Positions 21,130 to 36,317 of a stretch of DNA of 64,000 bases are shown here, in pieces. Every line of letters starts with the position of its first letter. Position 1 is the first letter of the stretch. A program made the position numbers and the translations under genes. Below the pieces are notes generated by a model. It ran no database searches, had not been told where the DNA came from, and saw nothing but the letters and a program-made list of their open reading frames with translations. Origin of the DNA: Azolla caroliniana (lineage: Eukaryota; Plantae; Polypodiophyta); the NCBI GenBank assembly GCA_043228905.1, contig JBHGNT010000009.1, positions 2,728,001-2,792,000 on the forward strand. Direction: 5' to 3'.

Positions 21130-24100
21130 AGGGGGGGATGTGTGCAAAGATAGAAAGAAGAAATAAGAGGCATTTCCCATGGCCTATCTGTGTCCACTAT
21201 CGGGCAAGTCCTCGGAGACGATACTGACCCCCCTAGAATCTTTGGCATCTCGAAACGTTGTGTTTCCGCCTGGCATTGCCATCCCTCTCGCTCTCGTGTG
21301 TGTCTGTGACTCGGGGAATCAAATCCACGATAAAATATGTGGGCTCGACCATTTGATTGTTGACTTGGACTCTGGAATCTTATAAGTATGTGTGTGATCT
21401 CTTGTGCACCTCTCACTCTCCGCATCGGGTCCACCCGCGGCGATTGTGTTCGATGCCTGTTATCTTTCGAGGTTGCAACCCTCTTCAATGAGGGGGGGGA
21501 GGGGGGGTGGAAGTTCTCAATTGTCTGTGGAGATTTGCTTCCTTTTTGTTTTAAAGATCTACGCAAACTGGAAGTTCGCCTTTCGGTTTGAACTTGCACC
21601 TTGAGCATCAAAAATGGCAAATCTCTGATGTCAATATTTCAAAGAACTATGTGTGTTTTTGTTGTGTGCGTATAATACATATATGTGTGCCCCCACATGT
21701 GTGCCCCCACATGTGTGGTATGGCTATATGCCATAATGTGATGTGGTTTCATCCATGCTTGTTATGGCATTGCACGAAATCTTCGGCTCTATTACAATAT
21801 GTATCCAATTGCCTATGAGTTCACTTTCTCAATGGGGCCTTCCACAACTATTTTGGGTAGCTTAGCTATAGCAAAAAACCCAATTCATCATTCAAAACGC
21901 ATATATGTTTGTGTCACTTTGTTTATGCCATTTGGACACTCTCAAGATATGTATCAAAAACTCCCAAACAATTTAGACTACTTGTCCATGGCCCATTGTT
22001 TGCTCCTAGTTCTCCTTTTGGCAACTACTCTAAGAATTTTTATCGACATCGTCACACTAGAACACTAGAAATTGTTCACATTAAAGTAAAACTATTATTT
22101 CTTCTCACTTTTGAAAATGATGTTTGTGTTTTGGAATTTAGTGCATCTTTCTACACATAAATATTGTCAATTGATTGTGTACTTACACATACGTTCGTTG
22201 CATAGAAAGAAGGGGAATTATTCTTTGCACACCTATACAAGAAAGATCAAATGTTTATGTATGCCATGCATTCAAAACATGATCCAGAGAGAAGCGGCTA
22301 ACCGATGAATAATCCTTCTTCTCAAATATTCTTCCATCTTGATTAACGCACAAATGGCTTTGAAATTTGTTGTGGAGGACTAGTGCAAAAATAAGTTTTG
22401 ATCATTTGCAAGTGTTTTAGCCCAATGAAAAGTTTTGATGTCTTCCTTATTTGGTGAAGATTCATTTGTTAGTACTTCAAAGGTAGAATCACAAAAACAA
22501 TTAGATACAGGGAATAAGAATTCCAATTTGTCAAGAAACTTTCAAAACTAGCAACCTTATGCTTCAATAAGAAGTTATACAATCCTCATTAACAAATGGC
22601 AATAGTAGGGAAGAAATGCTACTTACAAAAAAAAATGAAACATAGGCTTTGGCTAAGTTGTAGAAACAACCAGGTATACGTTCTTTAAAGGGCTGTTTAA
22701 ATTTATGAACAAGAAGAAAACAAATCTCAAAATGAAGAGAAAGGATAACCACGAAAGAGGGGAAACAATCTAAATTGTGCCTTTAAAGTTAATCAGGATA
22801 ACTATCCAAATTTCTATGCACATGGTAGAAAGTAACACATTAGACAAAAATAAGTTGGCACGAGTGATTTCTTTGAAGAAATTGAGCACCAATCCTACAA
22901 AACGATTTTCCATGTTGTTATTGTGTTCCTATATTCGTGATGCTTGTGAAAAAGTAGGTCAATTGCCTTTGAAGTTCTTGTATTTATGTTCCTAAGTTGT
23001 GCTAAGGATAAATATGATTAATTGTAAGACAATGAATTTCCCATTATTAACCATGCAAACATACTCGATTCAAAAAAGAGATATTGATAGTTTAATGAAA
23101 ATGCGACTTTATATCTGAAACTGACATCACATAAGAAATGAAAACCATTCTTCAAAGTTCACCCCTTATGTACAACAAATGCATTTATCTTATATACATT
23201 TCATTACATTACCTTGTTGCATGCTATATATTTTCACACCATGGACAAAGTTGCCTCGTGTTTTAATTGTCTTGTGATTTATTTATTTTTATATCAATCA
23301 AGATAATGCACTCAAATTCTCAAGTGAAGAGTAGTAGTCTTTGTTTGTATCGTAGTAAATAAATATATTGAATCTTTTGAGATAGAAATGTTCATTGAAG
23401 CAAGTGTTATAATTTTCAAGTCATATTAACACAAGGGGGTATAGTAATGCTTAGTTATGAAGGGAAATCTTTCTAGCATTGCTTTTATTCAAACAATATC
23501 GAACTTTCAAAACAAGGATTTTATTTTTCCTATGGTCATTGGTAACAAGGTACACAAATGGTCCTTTAACTTTGGTAAATAGAAGTTACGAGTTCATACC
23601 TTATTGTGGGGACATGACAGTTTCAAAATCTAAGTACTCACAACATTGAAGATTGAATGATATGGCCATCCTTCTTCTTAGTTTCCTTGTTGAGGCCCAT
23701 GGGTGGAGATGAGAACCTTGAAAGAGCCACAAGATATATATGATCAAGATATTATAAGCTATAATTGGTACTCAAATGAGTGGCATGGTAAATGTGCATA
23801 ACTCCATGAAAGTGAACTCGAATGAAATCAATGATGAACTTTAATCTACGATTTAAGTGACGACATGTCAAAAATCATGTCACATTTCCTCAAAATGTGT
23901 AGCAAACAACATTTCTTCACACAAAGTTTCACATGAACTCTTGGGGAAATGTGTATTGAGAAAGTTCCATTATGGTCTAGCTTTTTCACAATAGCATGTG
24001 AGGGAAGATGATATGTTGGATATCTAGGAGTTAATTATTTTGGATTTTGTGTTTATGTATTGTAAAAATGAGAAAAAATGGTAAGTGTGTGTTGGTGATA

Positions 24101-25042
24101 CACTTTTTTCATTATGTATAAGCAAATTATTCATGATATCATACATTTTTGTTGATTTTCGATTGACCATGAAGGCATGGTCATTGCGTAAGCATTCATT
24201 TTTTATTGGAGTGTACGCTTGCACAAACATATATCGAGAAAGGTGTTGCATAAATGGTCTTGTTAACTCGTGCTTTTGACAAAAACAACTTGAGTAGATT
24301 CCGAAGACTTATACTTTGCCTAGAGAAACTCGTTTTGAATAGAGTACTTAACATATACGGATGAATATCGTTTTATTACTTATGTGGTAGTTCTTTATCT
24401 TTAAATAAGATAAATCCTAATTGCTTTGTGGTGAGTCGTGACCCACTCTTGTGTGTACAAAAACCTAGCAAACTTTGTATTTCATTATAATATTTGTTAA
24501 TGTATTGTGCATAGCTAGATGGATACACTAGCTACTTGCATTAAATCTTCCAACCTTATTTTTTCTTTTGACACGCGCGCACACACACAGAGAGTAAAGG
24601 AGTGGGGGTAGGGATGACCTCGCAAGAATAGAGACTAGTGCTTATCGATGCATCTATAATTGTTTCCAATGCACTGGAATGGGAAGTTCGAAAGATTTGC
24701 TTAGGAATCTTTCTATGTGACATTAAACCCTCCTCCTTCAACAAATTCATAGTAAGATGAGGTTATTCATACTAAAAAGAATGGATGACACCAATTATTG
24801 TAGTTCTTTTCCCTATTAACCCTTGCTCACATTTAGTACAAAATATGCATTTTCGAAATACGTTATGCATGACCATCATATTGCATTTTCAACGATTTGA
24901 TAGGACAAAAAGGAATATGTAAAACACATATTAATCATTTGAGGTTGTAGAACAATTGAATATCTACCTTGATACCATGATTATAACTACATAAAAAAAC
25001 AAGGATTTACTTCTACTCTATGGTTGAAGTTAATTTAATTAA

Positions 25043-26099
25043 GGGAAAAGTACCAGGATACCCCTGGAAGTTCATCTATTTACCAAAATACCCTTGGAAG
25101 TTCCAAATTTACCAAACTACCCCTATGTCCAAAAAAATACACTTTATACAGTAATTATACACTCAAATCTACAATCCCTATTTACCAGAATACCCTTCAA
25201 ACACAAATTTCTTTACTTAAGCGATTCTTTGGGTTCCTTGTACCTAATAGTGTAATGTTTCTTTTCTTTCTTGTTCATTGGGTTGATCAATCGTTTTCAT
25301 CATCAAGATATGGGGTTACCTTGTGCATTATTAGATATTTTGTTGAGTCGATATATATATTTGATTTTCTGGATATTTTTGGAATTGCACTTTTTGTATA
25401 CGGATCAAAATTAACATGTAATTATTACATTTCGATAATTAATTTTGGTTTGCAAGTATTTTTGAAATTGATGAGATTTAGTTGTGATTGCATTTTACTA
25501 ACAAAATTTAGTGTAAAATCATGAAATTTGGTTTAAGATGGCATTTTAATAGCAAAGTGTTATGTGAGATTTCGTTTAAAATGACATTTTGGTAGCAAAG
25601 TTTTTCGTGAGATTTGGTTTAAAATTTTGGCCACAAATTGTTTGTGAATCCGCAAATTCATGGAATTTGGCTTCAAAATGGCATCCTAATGGTAAAATTT
25701 GGTGTGCGATCAAATATTTTGGTTTTAAGATTAAGTTTTGGTCACTTCAAATTTCAATCACAAATTTTGGTTTTATGGGATTAAGCCAATATAACTCAGT
25801 GTAAATTCATAGAATTGGATTTTAAGGTGACCTTTCAATTGAAATTTTTTGATATATAATATAATTTTGATAATTTAATTTGATTTATGATGTATTTTGA
25901 AAAATAAAAGTGGTATAAATTGGTCAAAATAGGCATATAGTGGCATTATGGTAAATAAGTTTAGGTTTAAGGGTACTTTGGTAAAAAAAATACACTTTAT
26001 AAAGTGTATTTTTTTGGACATAGGGGTAGTTTGGTAAATTTGGAGCTTCCAGGGGCATTCTGATAAATAGACAAACTTCCAGGGGTATCGTGGTACCCC
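25043..26099. mobile_element. Non-autonomous Mutator-like element (MULE-MITE) with 9-bp TSD
   Basis: About 105-bp TIRs (GTACCAGGATACCCCTGGAAG...TGTCCAAAAAAATACACTTTATA and its reverse complement), flanked by identical TTTAATTAA at 25034-25042 and 26100-26108. Confidence 0.9.
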
Positions 26100-26866
26100 T
26101 TTAATTAATCATATTATGGTGTGGATATCTTTTATTGACATATATTCATTAGAATATCAAGCTCTATGTTTCAAAAGCTATTCCAAAAGAAAAATAGAAA
26201 CATATGAATTCGCACACTGAGCCCATAGCATTGCTTTTATTAAGAGCAATCTTTAACATGAAATAATGAAAAAAACTATGGCTAGTAGCAAATAATGAAT
26301 AATCTTGAGAGGCCATAGCGTTGCTTTATTAAGAGTAATCTTTAATATGAAATAATGAACAAACCTATGGCTGGCACTAAACAATGAATAATCTTGATTA
26401 TGACTTCACTGAAACAAGTATGCAACTAGTCACAAATAAAAAACTTATGTCCATAAACCTATAAAGAGTCAAAGAACAAAAAACTTCCAATATCCATCAG
26501 GTCCAGTAATATCCCTATACAATGAGAATAACATTTGCTTGTGTTTAACTGACAAGGATATGTAAAGGGAACTTGGCTCTGCAAATATTTGTGTTTTTGA
26601 GCTTAGTAAAAGGTAGGCAAGAAAGAAATAGTTGCCTTCGATGAAATAACAGTCTAGAAAATTTATTGCTTACATGACAAATGCCAATGTATTTTCAATT
26701 ACAGTTTCATTACAATTATTTAGATACAAGAAAAAGTGTGCTATTGTGAACTGTTATTTGATTGATCTTTTTTTTCACATTTATGATTCCATAGCCAATT
26801 GCTCTGGAACTGCATTGACAATTTGCTATTTACCTGTATAATATCCTTGACATGCCACAATGCATT

Positions 26867-27170
26867 GGGACAATGTGTGAATCATTGGGATGCTTCAGCT
26901 TTAGTTATTAGCAAATGACATCAATATGTGTATTGTGTTCAGTTGTGAGCTGCACTGATGTAATGCTTTGTGAAATAATCAAAATTCTCTTCCTAGAATA
27001 GCTCTAGAGCACACCACAATAGGACAATGTCTGGATCATCGGGATGATTCAGTTTTAGTTATTTGCAAATGACATCAATATGTGTATTTCTCTTCAGTTG
27101 TGAGATGTATTGCCGTAATGCTTCCAGATTTACTCCATTTGCTTTCTAGAATAGCTCTTGAATCTCCCAC
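26867..27170. repeat. Tandem duplication, about 155 bp x2
   Basis: GGACAATGT..ATCAT.GGGATG.TTCAG.TTTAGTTATT.GCAAATGACATCAATATGTGTATT..CTAGAATAGCTCT occurs twice. Confidence 0.85.
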
Positions 27171-27559
27171 ATTGCCAGTATAGATCATGCGATCACAAAT
27201 AACTTCATACTAACAACAAGACCAGACTGAAAATCTAGAGATTGTGTTGATTAGTTCTTCCCTAACTACTAGAAGCCTTCTTCCACTGCATTAAATGACA
27301 TCAGAATAATATTCATTGACATCCCTTTTCTAATACCAATCTTGTGAGATAATAAACACGCTACAAATTAGTAGCGCTTTAATGAATTTAAACAGTTTTT
27401 ACTCTATGTTCATATGTGGGCCCTCACTAGTCCTATTGCACACTGTGAAGATGGTACACAGAAATAACTGGAAAACAGCAACACCTTTAAGTTGACATCA
27501 ATTATCATCCATTCAGATACCAACTAAACCATACTTCCTGTATATACAGCATGAGAAAA

Positions 27560-28130
27560 AGTGAAGATGGTTGTCACAACATTGCATTGCCATAACGCTA
27601 TAATCCATGATCATACAGTTACAATCATTCTTAATCTGGAACTCAAAGCAAATTCCATCATTCCAGAATTGGCAACAAAGTTAGGCAGCTGTGCAAAAGA
27701 GATGGGACCAATGGTTGAAGCAAAATTGGCATATTTTGTCTATTGCCACTATACTTGGAACGTTTCAGGTCCATATAGACAATGAGGGATTTTATGTTGT
27801 CCACTTGGAAGATGGAGATGTGTTGTTGGGTATGCATTAGATTTATAGGATTTGTTCATTAGTAGATAACTACAGCAAAAAGATTTGTACATCAAAGAAA
27901 GACCGATGTCTTGGATGTAAGTTTTAAAGGAGAATTTGTTCCTGTCATCTCAGCTTCTGCTACTCCAAACATAATGAAAACTCATGTACCTGCATATTAG
28001 GTTCTCACTAAGGATGTTAATGCATATGAAATTGAAACGGAAGATAGGGAAGCTTTCTTGAGTATTATCAATTCTCAGATTGTTTGTTACATGAGTTACC
28101 TCCCCCTAAAAGACCCAAGGATCATGTGAC
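27560..28130 (+). mobile_element. Degenerate Ty3/gypsy aspartic-protease region
   Basis: Fragments ANSIIPELATKLG..EMG, FYVVHLEDGDVLLGM and LDVSFKGEFVPVISASA resemble gypsy protease (..DVLLGxPW) and its downstream linker; interrupted by stops and frameshifts. Confidence 0.6.
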
Positions 28131-30148
28131 TGATAGATCTCAAGGTGACATCCAACCAACAAACTACCTTGTAGGGTTAGCGCAGCCCAACAAAAAAAGA
28201 TTATGAATCTGGGAGGCAAGATAACACAGCACCTGACGATGTGAACAGCCAAGGGCCAATGGTCCTTGGTGCAAGGAGCCACGCCTGGTAGACCACTGGA
28301 TCATCATATGGTCAGCTCAGTTAGCATTGGATTCTACTGTGTGGAGGTGTGAATATCCAATCAAAAAAGTCGAGCCTTAGAAAGTCACTTTAGTTAGGCC
28401 CAACATAAAACTCACGTAAAAGATATAATTGAGTGGATAGGTTAGAGGCTAATGCATTTTTTTCACAAGGATACCCTTTGGTGGCATGATAAAGACTGCC
28501 TTGTTCAAACAAATTTCTCACCTCTCTTTTGATGAAAACTTGAAATTTGATTTTAGGGAGGAAGAGCTATGTTAAAAAGCAAAAACCTCATGGAATCGTA
28601 ACTGATGTACTCTCTTTTCTGGTGTTTTCATTGGAATAGTGTGGAAGCTCTATGTATGACTTTTAGAGCTGAATAAGCTTAAATTTCTCATGGGTTTGGG
28701 GCTTATCTTACATTATTATCAATAGAAGAAAAACTGAAAAGCACAAATCTTTGAGGGTCAACACGGTGTCAAATTCTTTGTGCAAGAGAAATCTAACTCT
28801 CAGGATGTGGAATTAAGTCATTAGTTAATATGAAATCATAAGGAAATCTTTATTTATAAAACTTCACCAGTGGTGAGATAAGCACAATCAGTGTTTCAAT
28901 TGTGATTTTAGAGCTCTCTGAGGTTCCTTAGGCCGGTCTCAGATGAATCATATTAAACAAAATGGTCGGCATATATGTAGCAAGAGAAAACCAAATCATC
29001 AATAAGTACCTAGAGAAGAATCAACTTTTACTCATAGTAAACCATGCTCATCTCTCTATATATATACCAGGAGAAAACCAAAGTCTTCTTATTTGTACAA
29101 TGAAAGTCTAGTATACATTCAAAACATAACCAAACCAAAATTCTCCCTCAACATATACCACACAGAAATAAAAAGCTTCTCACGTATTAGACTGTTGAAG
29201 AGTGTCTCATACACATTCAGAACCTTAAACGAACCCGAAATAGTCAATCAATATATACCAAGAGGAACTTAGTATAAGACTGTTAAAATGTGACTTGAAT
29301 ACATTCAGGAACTTAACAAAAGCGGAGAAGACACGTACCTACAAAGAGGAAACCAAATGTTGTTTGCTTGTATGTTGGATTTGTATACATACAGAAGCTT
29401 AACTAGCCCACAGAAATCAGTGTATATGCCGTCTCTGCTAATATGAAACAGTGGTTGAAGAATCTCTTGTATACCGAGACAAGACCAAAGTAATCACTAT
29501 ATACACACGCACATCAAGCGGAACTAAATTCTTCTTATAAAATTCAGAAAGGTTACATAACCAAAGAAAACCCTACAATTGTAGATGTATGTACCAAGAA
29601 AAAACCTAAGAGGTCCCTATAGCTATATGTGCATGTACCAAGAAAAAGACAACAGTTTCTTACTTGTAATGTGATTGAAATGTGCTTGACTGATGAATTT
29701 AGAAATTTCATTTCATCGAGGCCAACATAAACTCCGAACAGAGTGCCTAAAGATCCTATTTCGATCTGCCTTTGTTCTTCAAGCAAACTGTTATCTTGTA
29801 CAGTAGCTGGTTATGGATGTCTTCACAGGAATGCAGAGCACCTTCCTGATCAGCCACATTTCTGATCCTTTCCTGAACCATGGATCAGTCGTTGCAACCA
29901 GACCAAACCGCTGATTTTGCATTCCAAAAAAAGCCTTCAACATAAAAAAAAACTAAACCAGAGATCTTTCAATGAGGGATATTAGGGTTAGGGTTAGGAC
30001 CTACAAGGGCTGAGCAACAGCAAGGATTGCACAGAGCAGCCAAAATATGAAAAGAAGAAACAGAGCAAAAATAATGGAAGGGAAGAGGATCATTAAAGAA
30101 TAGCAGTTTATTATTACATACATATGTACAGTATACGTATACACAGGA

Positions 30149-30515
<367 letters not shown>

Positions 30516-33500
30516 ACACACCCAAATGTATATATTACAATTTACAAAATTACATATATATGATAGTGGAGCATTTGTTGGTGTTGCTCCACTTAGTCTA
30601 TCTAGATTCTAAACCATGTTATATGCATTGTTTGTTTGTGTGTGTGTGTTGGTATCATATCCGACACATGTTTCTATGCCTAATACCATGCTCTTACATC
30701 TCGAGTTTGCTTGTCAGATATATTTTCGTGTGTGTTTTTGTATGCACACACACACGCGCGTGCAAGCATACATGCATACGCCCAAAAGAGGTTGTGTGTG
30801 TGCATGTGTGGATCAGAAAATGAAACCATCTATTGTCCACTCTAAACATGTCCCTCCACAAACACTTTGAGCTGCCACAAGTTACCAAATGTTTTGCGCT
30901 TCTGGTTCCCTATTCATTGATTCCAAACTTGTTCCTGTCCCATTGGTTTTTTAGGTTGGGATATTGAACCCTTTTGCCATCATCTTTGCAAATCAATCAA
31001 GTATTGGGCTCTACAAAATAAATACTTTGAACTACTCATAATTAACAAATCCAAGCTATCAACTTCTTGATGATATTTAGTTCTTATCGTAGGGTTTTCC
31101 CTTGTATGATTGTTTTAAATTTGTTGTCACTCTCATTGCTTTGGTGGCATTGTCATGCCCTACTTTATAGCGTTCCTTTTCTCTCGATGTTGTAACTCTT
31201 CTTTGAATGTTTTTACATCAATTCGAGGTCTCCGACCATTAATATATAATGTATTGCTAAACACACGTGTGTTGTATATGATGGGTCATTGATCCATTGT
31301 ATTCAATGGGGGAGAAAACTAGAGAAGAATGAGTGGACAACATTACATGATGCGATCGCATAACAAGGCACCATTTATTAACATCGCGTGGTGAGACATA
31401 TGTATGCCACCTATGAGTAATGAACATTACACTCAAGATATGTGTTACGTGTTCAAGAAGCACTTGCACAAAAATGGCAATCGATTAATAACCCTCTACA
31501 TCTAAGAATGTATCCTACAAAAAAACAATTTAATTCTCAACAAGTAAATTTGAAGTGGAAGTAGATATTTCCCATAAGATAACCCCTATGATATTTATGA
31601 AGTTACAATGTTGGCCAACAGTTAAGGGGACACATAGCTTAACAATCGGCCAACATTGTGACTTCATAAATACAAATAAGTCATAGCGTCCTTTAAATAA
31701 AATGCCATCTTGTTATCCTTCAAATCCTCTAGTTTATTAAAGGTGCGACGACCCACATGCACGACTTGACACCCCAAGATAATCTCAATGTAGAGCATGA
31801 AGCAACAATATCATACGAATATTGCTCATCAAGATATTGAAATTGACACATTTCTTCCAATTTAAATATCACGAAGAGCATGTGATGAGAAATGAAATGT
31901 TACAAAGTTTAGGATTAGTAACCCACTTGTACTACGCAACATGCTCAAAACTTTTGGGTTTATTTACTAAATATATAGTTTAATAAAAGCTACTTGAAAG
32001 TACGATGTAGCCAAGGCAATATGGTCTTCCTTCTCACGGCCTGCTTCCAAAACTCACCCACTTGCAATGGAAAATGCAAATGCCTAAAATGTTTGAATAA
32101 AACAATGCAAGACATTGAATCAGACAAAAGGCTACGATTGAGAAAGTGAATAATATACAAATGCACGTATTGTTAGCTTCACATCGTAGATATTAATGTT
32201 TGTAATGTAGTGTTACAACTTACATTAAATATTGTAAGGCATCTTCAGAGTAACACAAGTCATTACCTACCACGAGGACTTAAAGTTAGAAGCACATTGT
32301 CTACCATATCTCTAACTTTGTTAAATAACCAATCAATGGAGCTCAAGGGCCACCCAAAATGGATGCGTAACATAAACTTGATTCTTACAGTAGACATTTG
32401 TTAGTATCTCATTATGAAGTTGCAAGTCAAGTGAATTGTGAATGTAATTTAGATACTATTGCTTCGTGATTGGGCGTATCTTATTTTTTTGGTAGTTGGG
32501 TTGAGAGGGGAGGTTTGACTATTGTAAATTGTGAATTGTGTGAGAGAGAGAGAGTGCTTGTTGAATAGGTCATGTGAATGTTAATAACCAACCTCCAAAA
32601 GGTGAAGAATTTGTGTTTTGCATTGTCATGCATCATTTCCCGTAACTTATGAGCTCTCTCTTTGTCTATTCCATGGTATTGTCACCAGTAACATTTCTTA
32701 TTTCATGCTTAACTAAACCCTCTAGCAAATATGAGTATGAACAAATATGTACTCAAACTTGACATGCCTTTCTAGTACATAATCTCACTATTTACCCGTT
32801 TGTTTAAAGTGAACATGGTATGTTTCTTGTCAACTATCACCTCAAGAAAATAGTTGACATTGTTGCAATTGTTTTTGTATTAATTGTTTTTATTACTAGT
32901 ATTTAGTAAAGAAGACAAACAATCATTTGATATAGGACAATTTATACTTTTAGTCTGCAAAAAATACTCATGGAGGATATCCTAGCATGCCCATTCTAGT
33001 GATGTTGAGGATGCAATGGAGCTATATTTTAAATTGATTATTTAATGACAATAATATAATTTAAATGTCATTTTGTTATAAACATAACTCTAATGTGGTC
33101 ATTATTGGATCTTAATGCTTATCATTTATTGAATTATCTATTGAGGTCACATCCATAATTTTGAAGTATTGTTAAGGCTATTATAGAGGTAAATAGTTTG
33201 CTGAATCTTTGAAGATAATCACCACTTTGTTGTTTGCATTAGGTACCACAAATTGTGTTAGGCTCCCAAGCAATGAAATATGATACGTTGTGGATGCCGC
33301 TGCATTATGGCATTGAGTTCTAATTGTGCAATTAGAATGCAGAAAGTACATTGGACAACATATGTACTTCGCGTTTCCCATCTTTAAAAACACTACTGAA
33401 CTGTATTGCATGTCAATTCTATTAATGCTTCGTAGCTAACAAAATATTGGTTCAAGCATGCCGATGTAGTGGATCTTAAAGTAAGGCTCCATATAGTGAT

Positions 33501-36143
33501 TGAAGGATGCGACAAATGAATGCATAACACACAATATGAATGACCATACTTATAGCTACTATTCGAAACTAAAGCAATAGATGACATTTTTTATACATAT
33601 TGTATTTTCAAATCTATTATGAATCACCATCATACAAGAATGTTCAAGTATGGGTTTCGTTTCTATCATTCAATTCAAGTACATTTTCCAAATTCCTAAT
33701 ACAATATTGTTGACTACATGCATATTGTTTGTTGGTCTTTGAGTTATATGATGTAAATATCCATATTTAAACTTGGTCCATTGATTTACTCGGGCAAATA
33801 TCCATAATTGTAGTTAACCTATGCATTTTGGTGTTGTTGCAACTCACATAAGACAACCATTCTGGTTATTAGTCAATAACATTATGAATTGAGATTCCTT
33901 GAAATTGAATGTATGCTACCAATCATTTTTGTGCGTGTGTGTTGGGGGGGGGGGGGGGGGGTGGCATGGGGGTATAGTTTAGGTGAATTCTCAAAATTCA
34001 AGTTTTCATGTTGCTTTGGATGTTAATAGAGCATCGATCACTAGATTTATTATTGTTGTAGTAAATTCAGGAGTTTGGAAACAACCAATATTTCTGAAAT
34101 GTGAGATTTTATATAGTGCGTGGGATTCCAAAAGTAGTCATCAACATACAAACTCTCGTGGTTGGACACTCGCACTAACAAGATAGCATTGTCACCCCTG
34201 TAAACTAAGCACTCATGAACCATTTTGGACCTGGTTACAAAGGGGCTATTGAGTGAATTTTTTAATCATAACGTAATAATCTAGATTACACACCAAAAGG
34301 TTGCTCATACTAACATGACGTTGTCAATGCAACTCAATATCAATTTTAGTTGTCAAGAGTCCTTTTCTTCCAAGTTCTTAACTATGATGTTATTGTGTTA
34401 TCTTCTCGTCCATTGATCAAGAGTTCATCTATTCGTGTTTGTTATAACATAATAAAGTATCAACTCCATGCTTACAATTGTGTGTAGTAACCCATGTTAA
34501 CATTTTGACCCCTATTTAGGATGTTATTACTCGACGTGTGCTCATACCAACATTTCTATTTTGACTTGTCATTGTGTTAGTGTGGAGAGCATTTTTATGT
34601 CTATCCTAATTTATACAATGAAACTACCCATTCTATAGGAGTTCTATATCGCAACTTTGTTTCCCTTTGTTTGTTGATTGGAGTTAATCACTATGTGGGA
34701 AACCCCACACAACCTGTAAGATGACAAAGTAGGCATTCAATGTCTACATTCCATAGATGCATCCACTTAAAATATAGGTGAACATGGCTTACCACGAGGA
34801 TGCAACTACAATTGAAACAAGTTAATAAGTTCAAATTGTAGTGATAAATATAAAAGATGGCTTATGGCTAAGGTTATATGAAACATGGCATATGACATGG
34901 CTATAGATTGAGACAGATAGCTATTCTCTCTCTACACAAACACACACACATATAACCTGTGAGTTGAAGAATATCACGTAGACTGTATCTGAACCAAATA
35001 TGGTGCATAACGTGAATGTGGCTATAGATTGAGGGGAGACAGATAGCTATTCTATCTCTACACACACATATAAATAATATAATTAAATAAATATATAACC
35101 AATGAGTTGAAGAAGAATATCACGTAGGACCAAAGATGGTGCATATTACATAATGTGAATGTGGCGAATGACAATCACCCTTGAGAAGGGAGGAATTGTG
35201 GGACTATACAAGGAAGCAAAAGTCCCAAATTAATATTATTGTTAAGTCTAATTATCATAGGTGATTAGGAAGAGCCCCCATACAAATAGTTTGTCACGTG
35301 AGTGGAGTTGAGCACACACCTTAAACAAACAATAACAAAAAACTTCAACAAGCATCTTTTTTTGTTGGACCATCTTGTGGGGGCAATAGTTCAAAATTTC
35401 CCTTTCTTAGTTATATTCTTTGTATTCATACTTGGCTTTAGTGACAAGCTACCAACGTAAGGTCACGTGTTCAAACCCTCGATTTCACGCAGCTTCCTCA
35501 CATTGTACTCCGACGATGTATCATCGATGGACACTAGTTACTATCTCGCTTGTTGCAGGCACAAAAGCTATAGAAACGAGAGTCAATCGATATACTTCAC
35601 AACCCAAAGAACAATAGTTTCTCTCGTGTGCGCTTGGTGGGTTAAGCTATAAGCCATCAAAGTCAGTTGATTCGAGAGAAGCACGGGCTTAGGTCCCATA
35701 ATCCATTCCATTGAATGAGGGACACAAGAAAATCTATCAATTGATCCTCCCCCCCCAAACAAAATAAAAAAAAAAAGAAAAAAAGAAAAAAAGAAAAAAA
35801 TTTAAAAAAAATTAAAAAAAAAATAAAAAAATAAAAAAATAAAAAACGGGGAAGAAGAAGAAGAAGAAGAAATGTCTGGCTATAAATAAATAAATAAGAA
35901 GCTGTTATAAACAAAAGGGGGGGGGTCATGAAAAGAAAAGAAAATAAAAAAACAAGACCTTGCTCCACCGGTAAGTTGCCGGTAATGCTGAAAGCCGCGT
36001 ACCGGCTGTAGACTGACATTACCGGCGACAGGATAAGCAGGTAAAATCAGCAGGAGGTAACCGGACCAGCCGGTGGTCATCTTGCCCCCCTCCCCCATCA
36101 ACCAGAGCTTGTCTTTGTCTCTAACATTTCTGCGAAGCTTGTC

Positions 36144-36186
<43 letters not shown>

Positions 36187-36215
36187 TTCTCTGTCTCTGT
36201 CTCTCGCGCGCGCAG

Positions 36216-36286
36216 AGACCATGGCGATGGTGGTCTAACGAGAAGGATCACATACATCCCAAACCGAAGATTTCATCTCTCTCTCT

Positions 36287-36317
<31 letters not shown>

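Noticed and set aside
21024-24660. 198-aa ORF and adjacent TE-like DNA with a possible Helitron CTAG end at about 24635
   Set aside because: No recognisable domain and no convincing subterminal hairpin; probably decayed repeat that I cannot classify.
29825-29840. ACAGGAATGCAGAGCA resembles miR408-5p
   Set aside because: No matching miR408-3p arm nearby on either strand.
29981-29998. TTAGGGTTAGGGTTAG as a telomerase RNA template or telomere
   Set aside because: Only about 2.5 repeats, with no recognisable USE/TATA promoter or terminator arrangement; more simply a telo-box-like motif.
32580-34800. Possible decayed transposase or LTR sequence
   Set aside because: No diagnostic motif or termini could be read.
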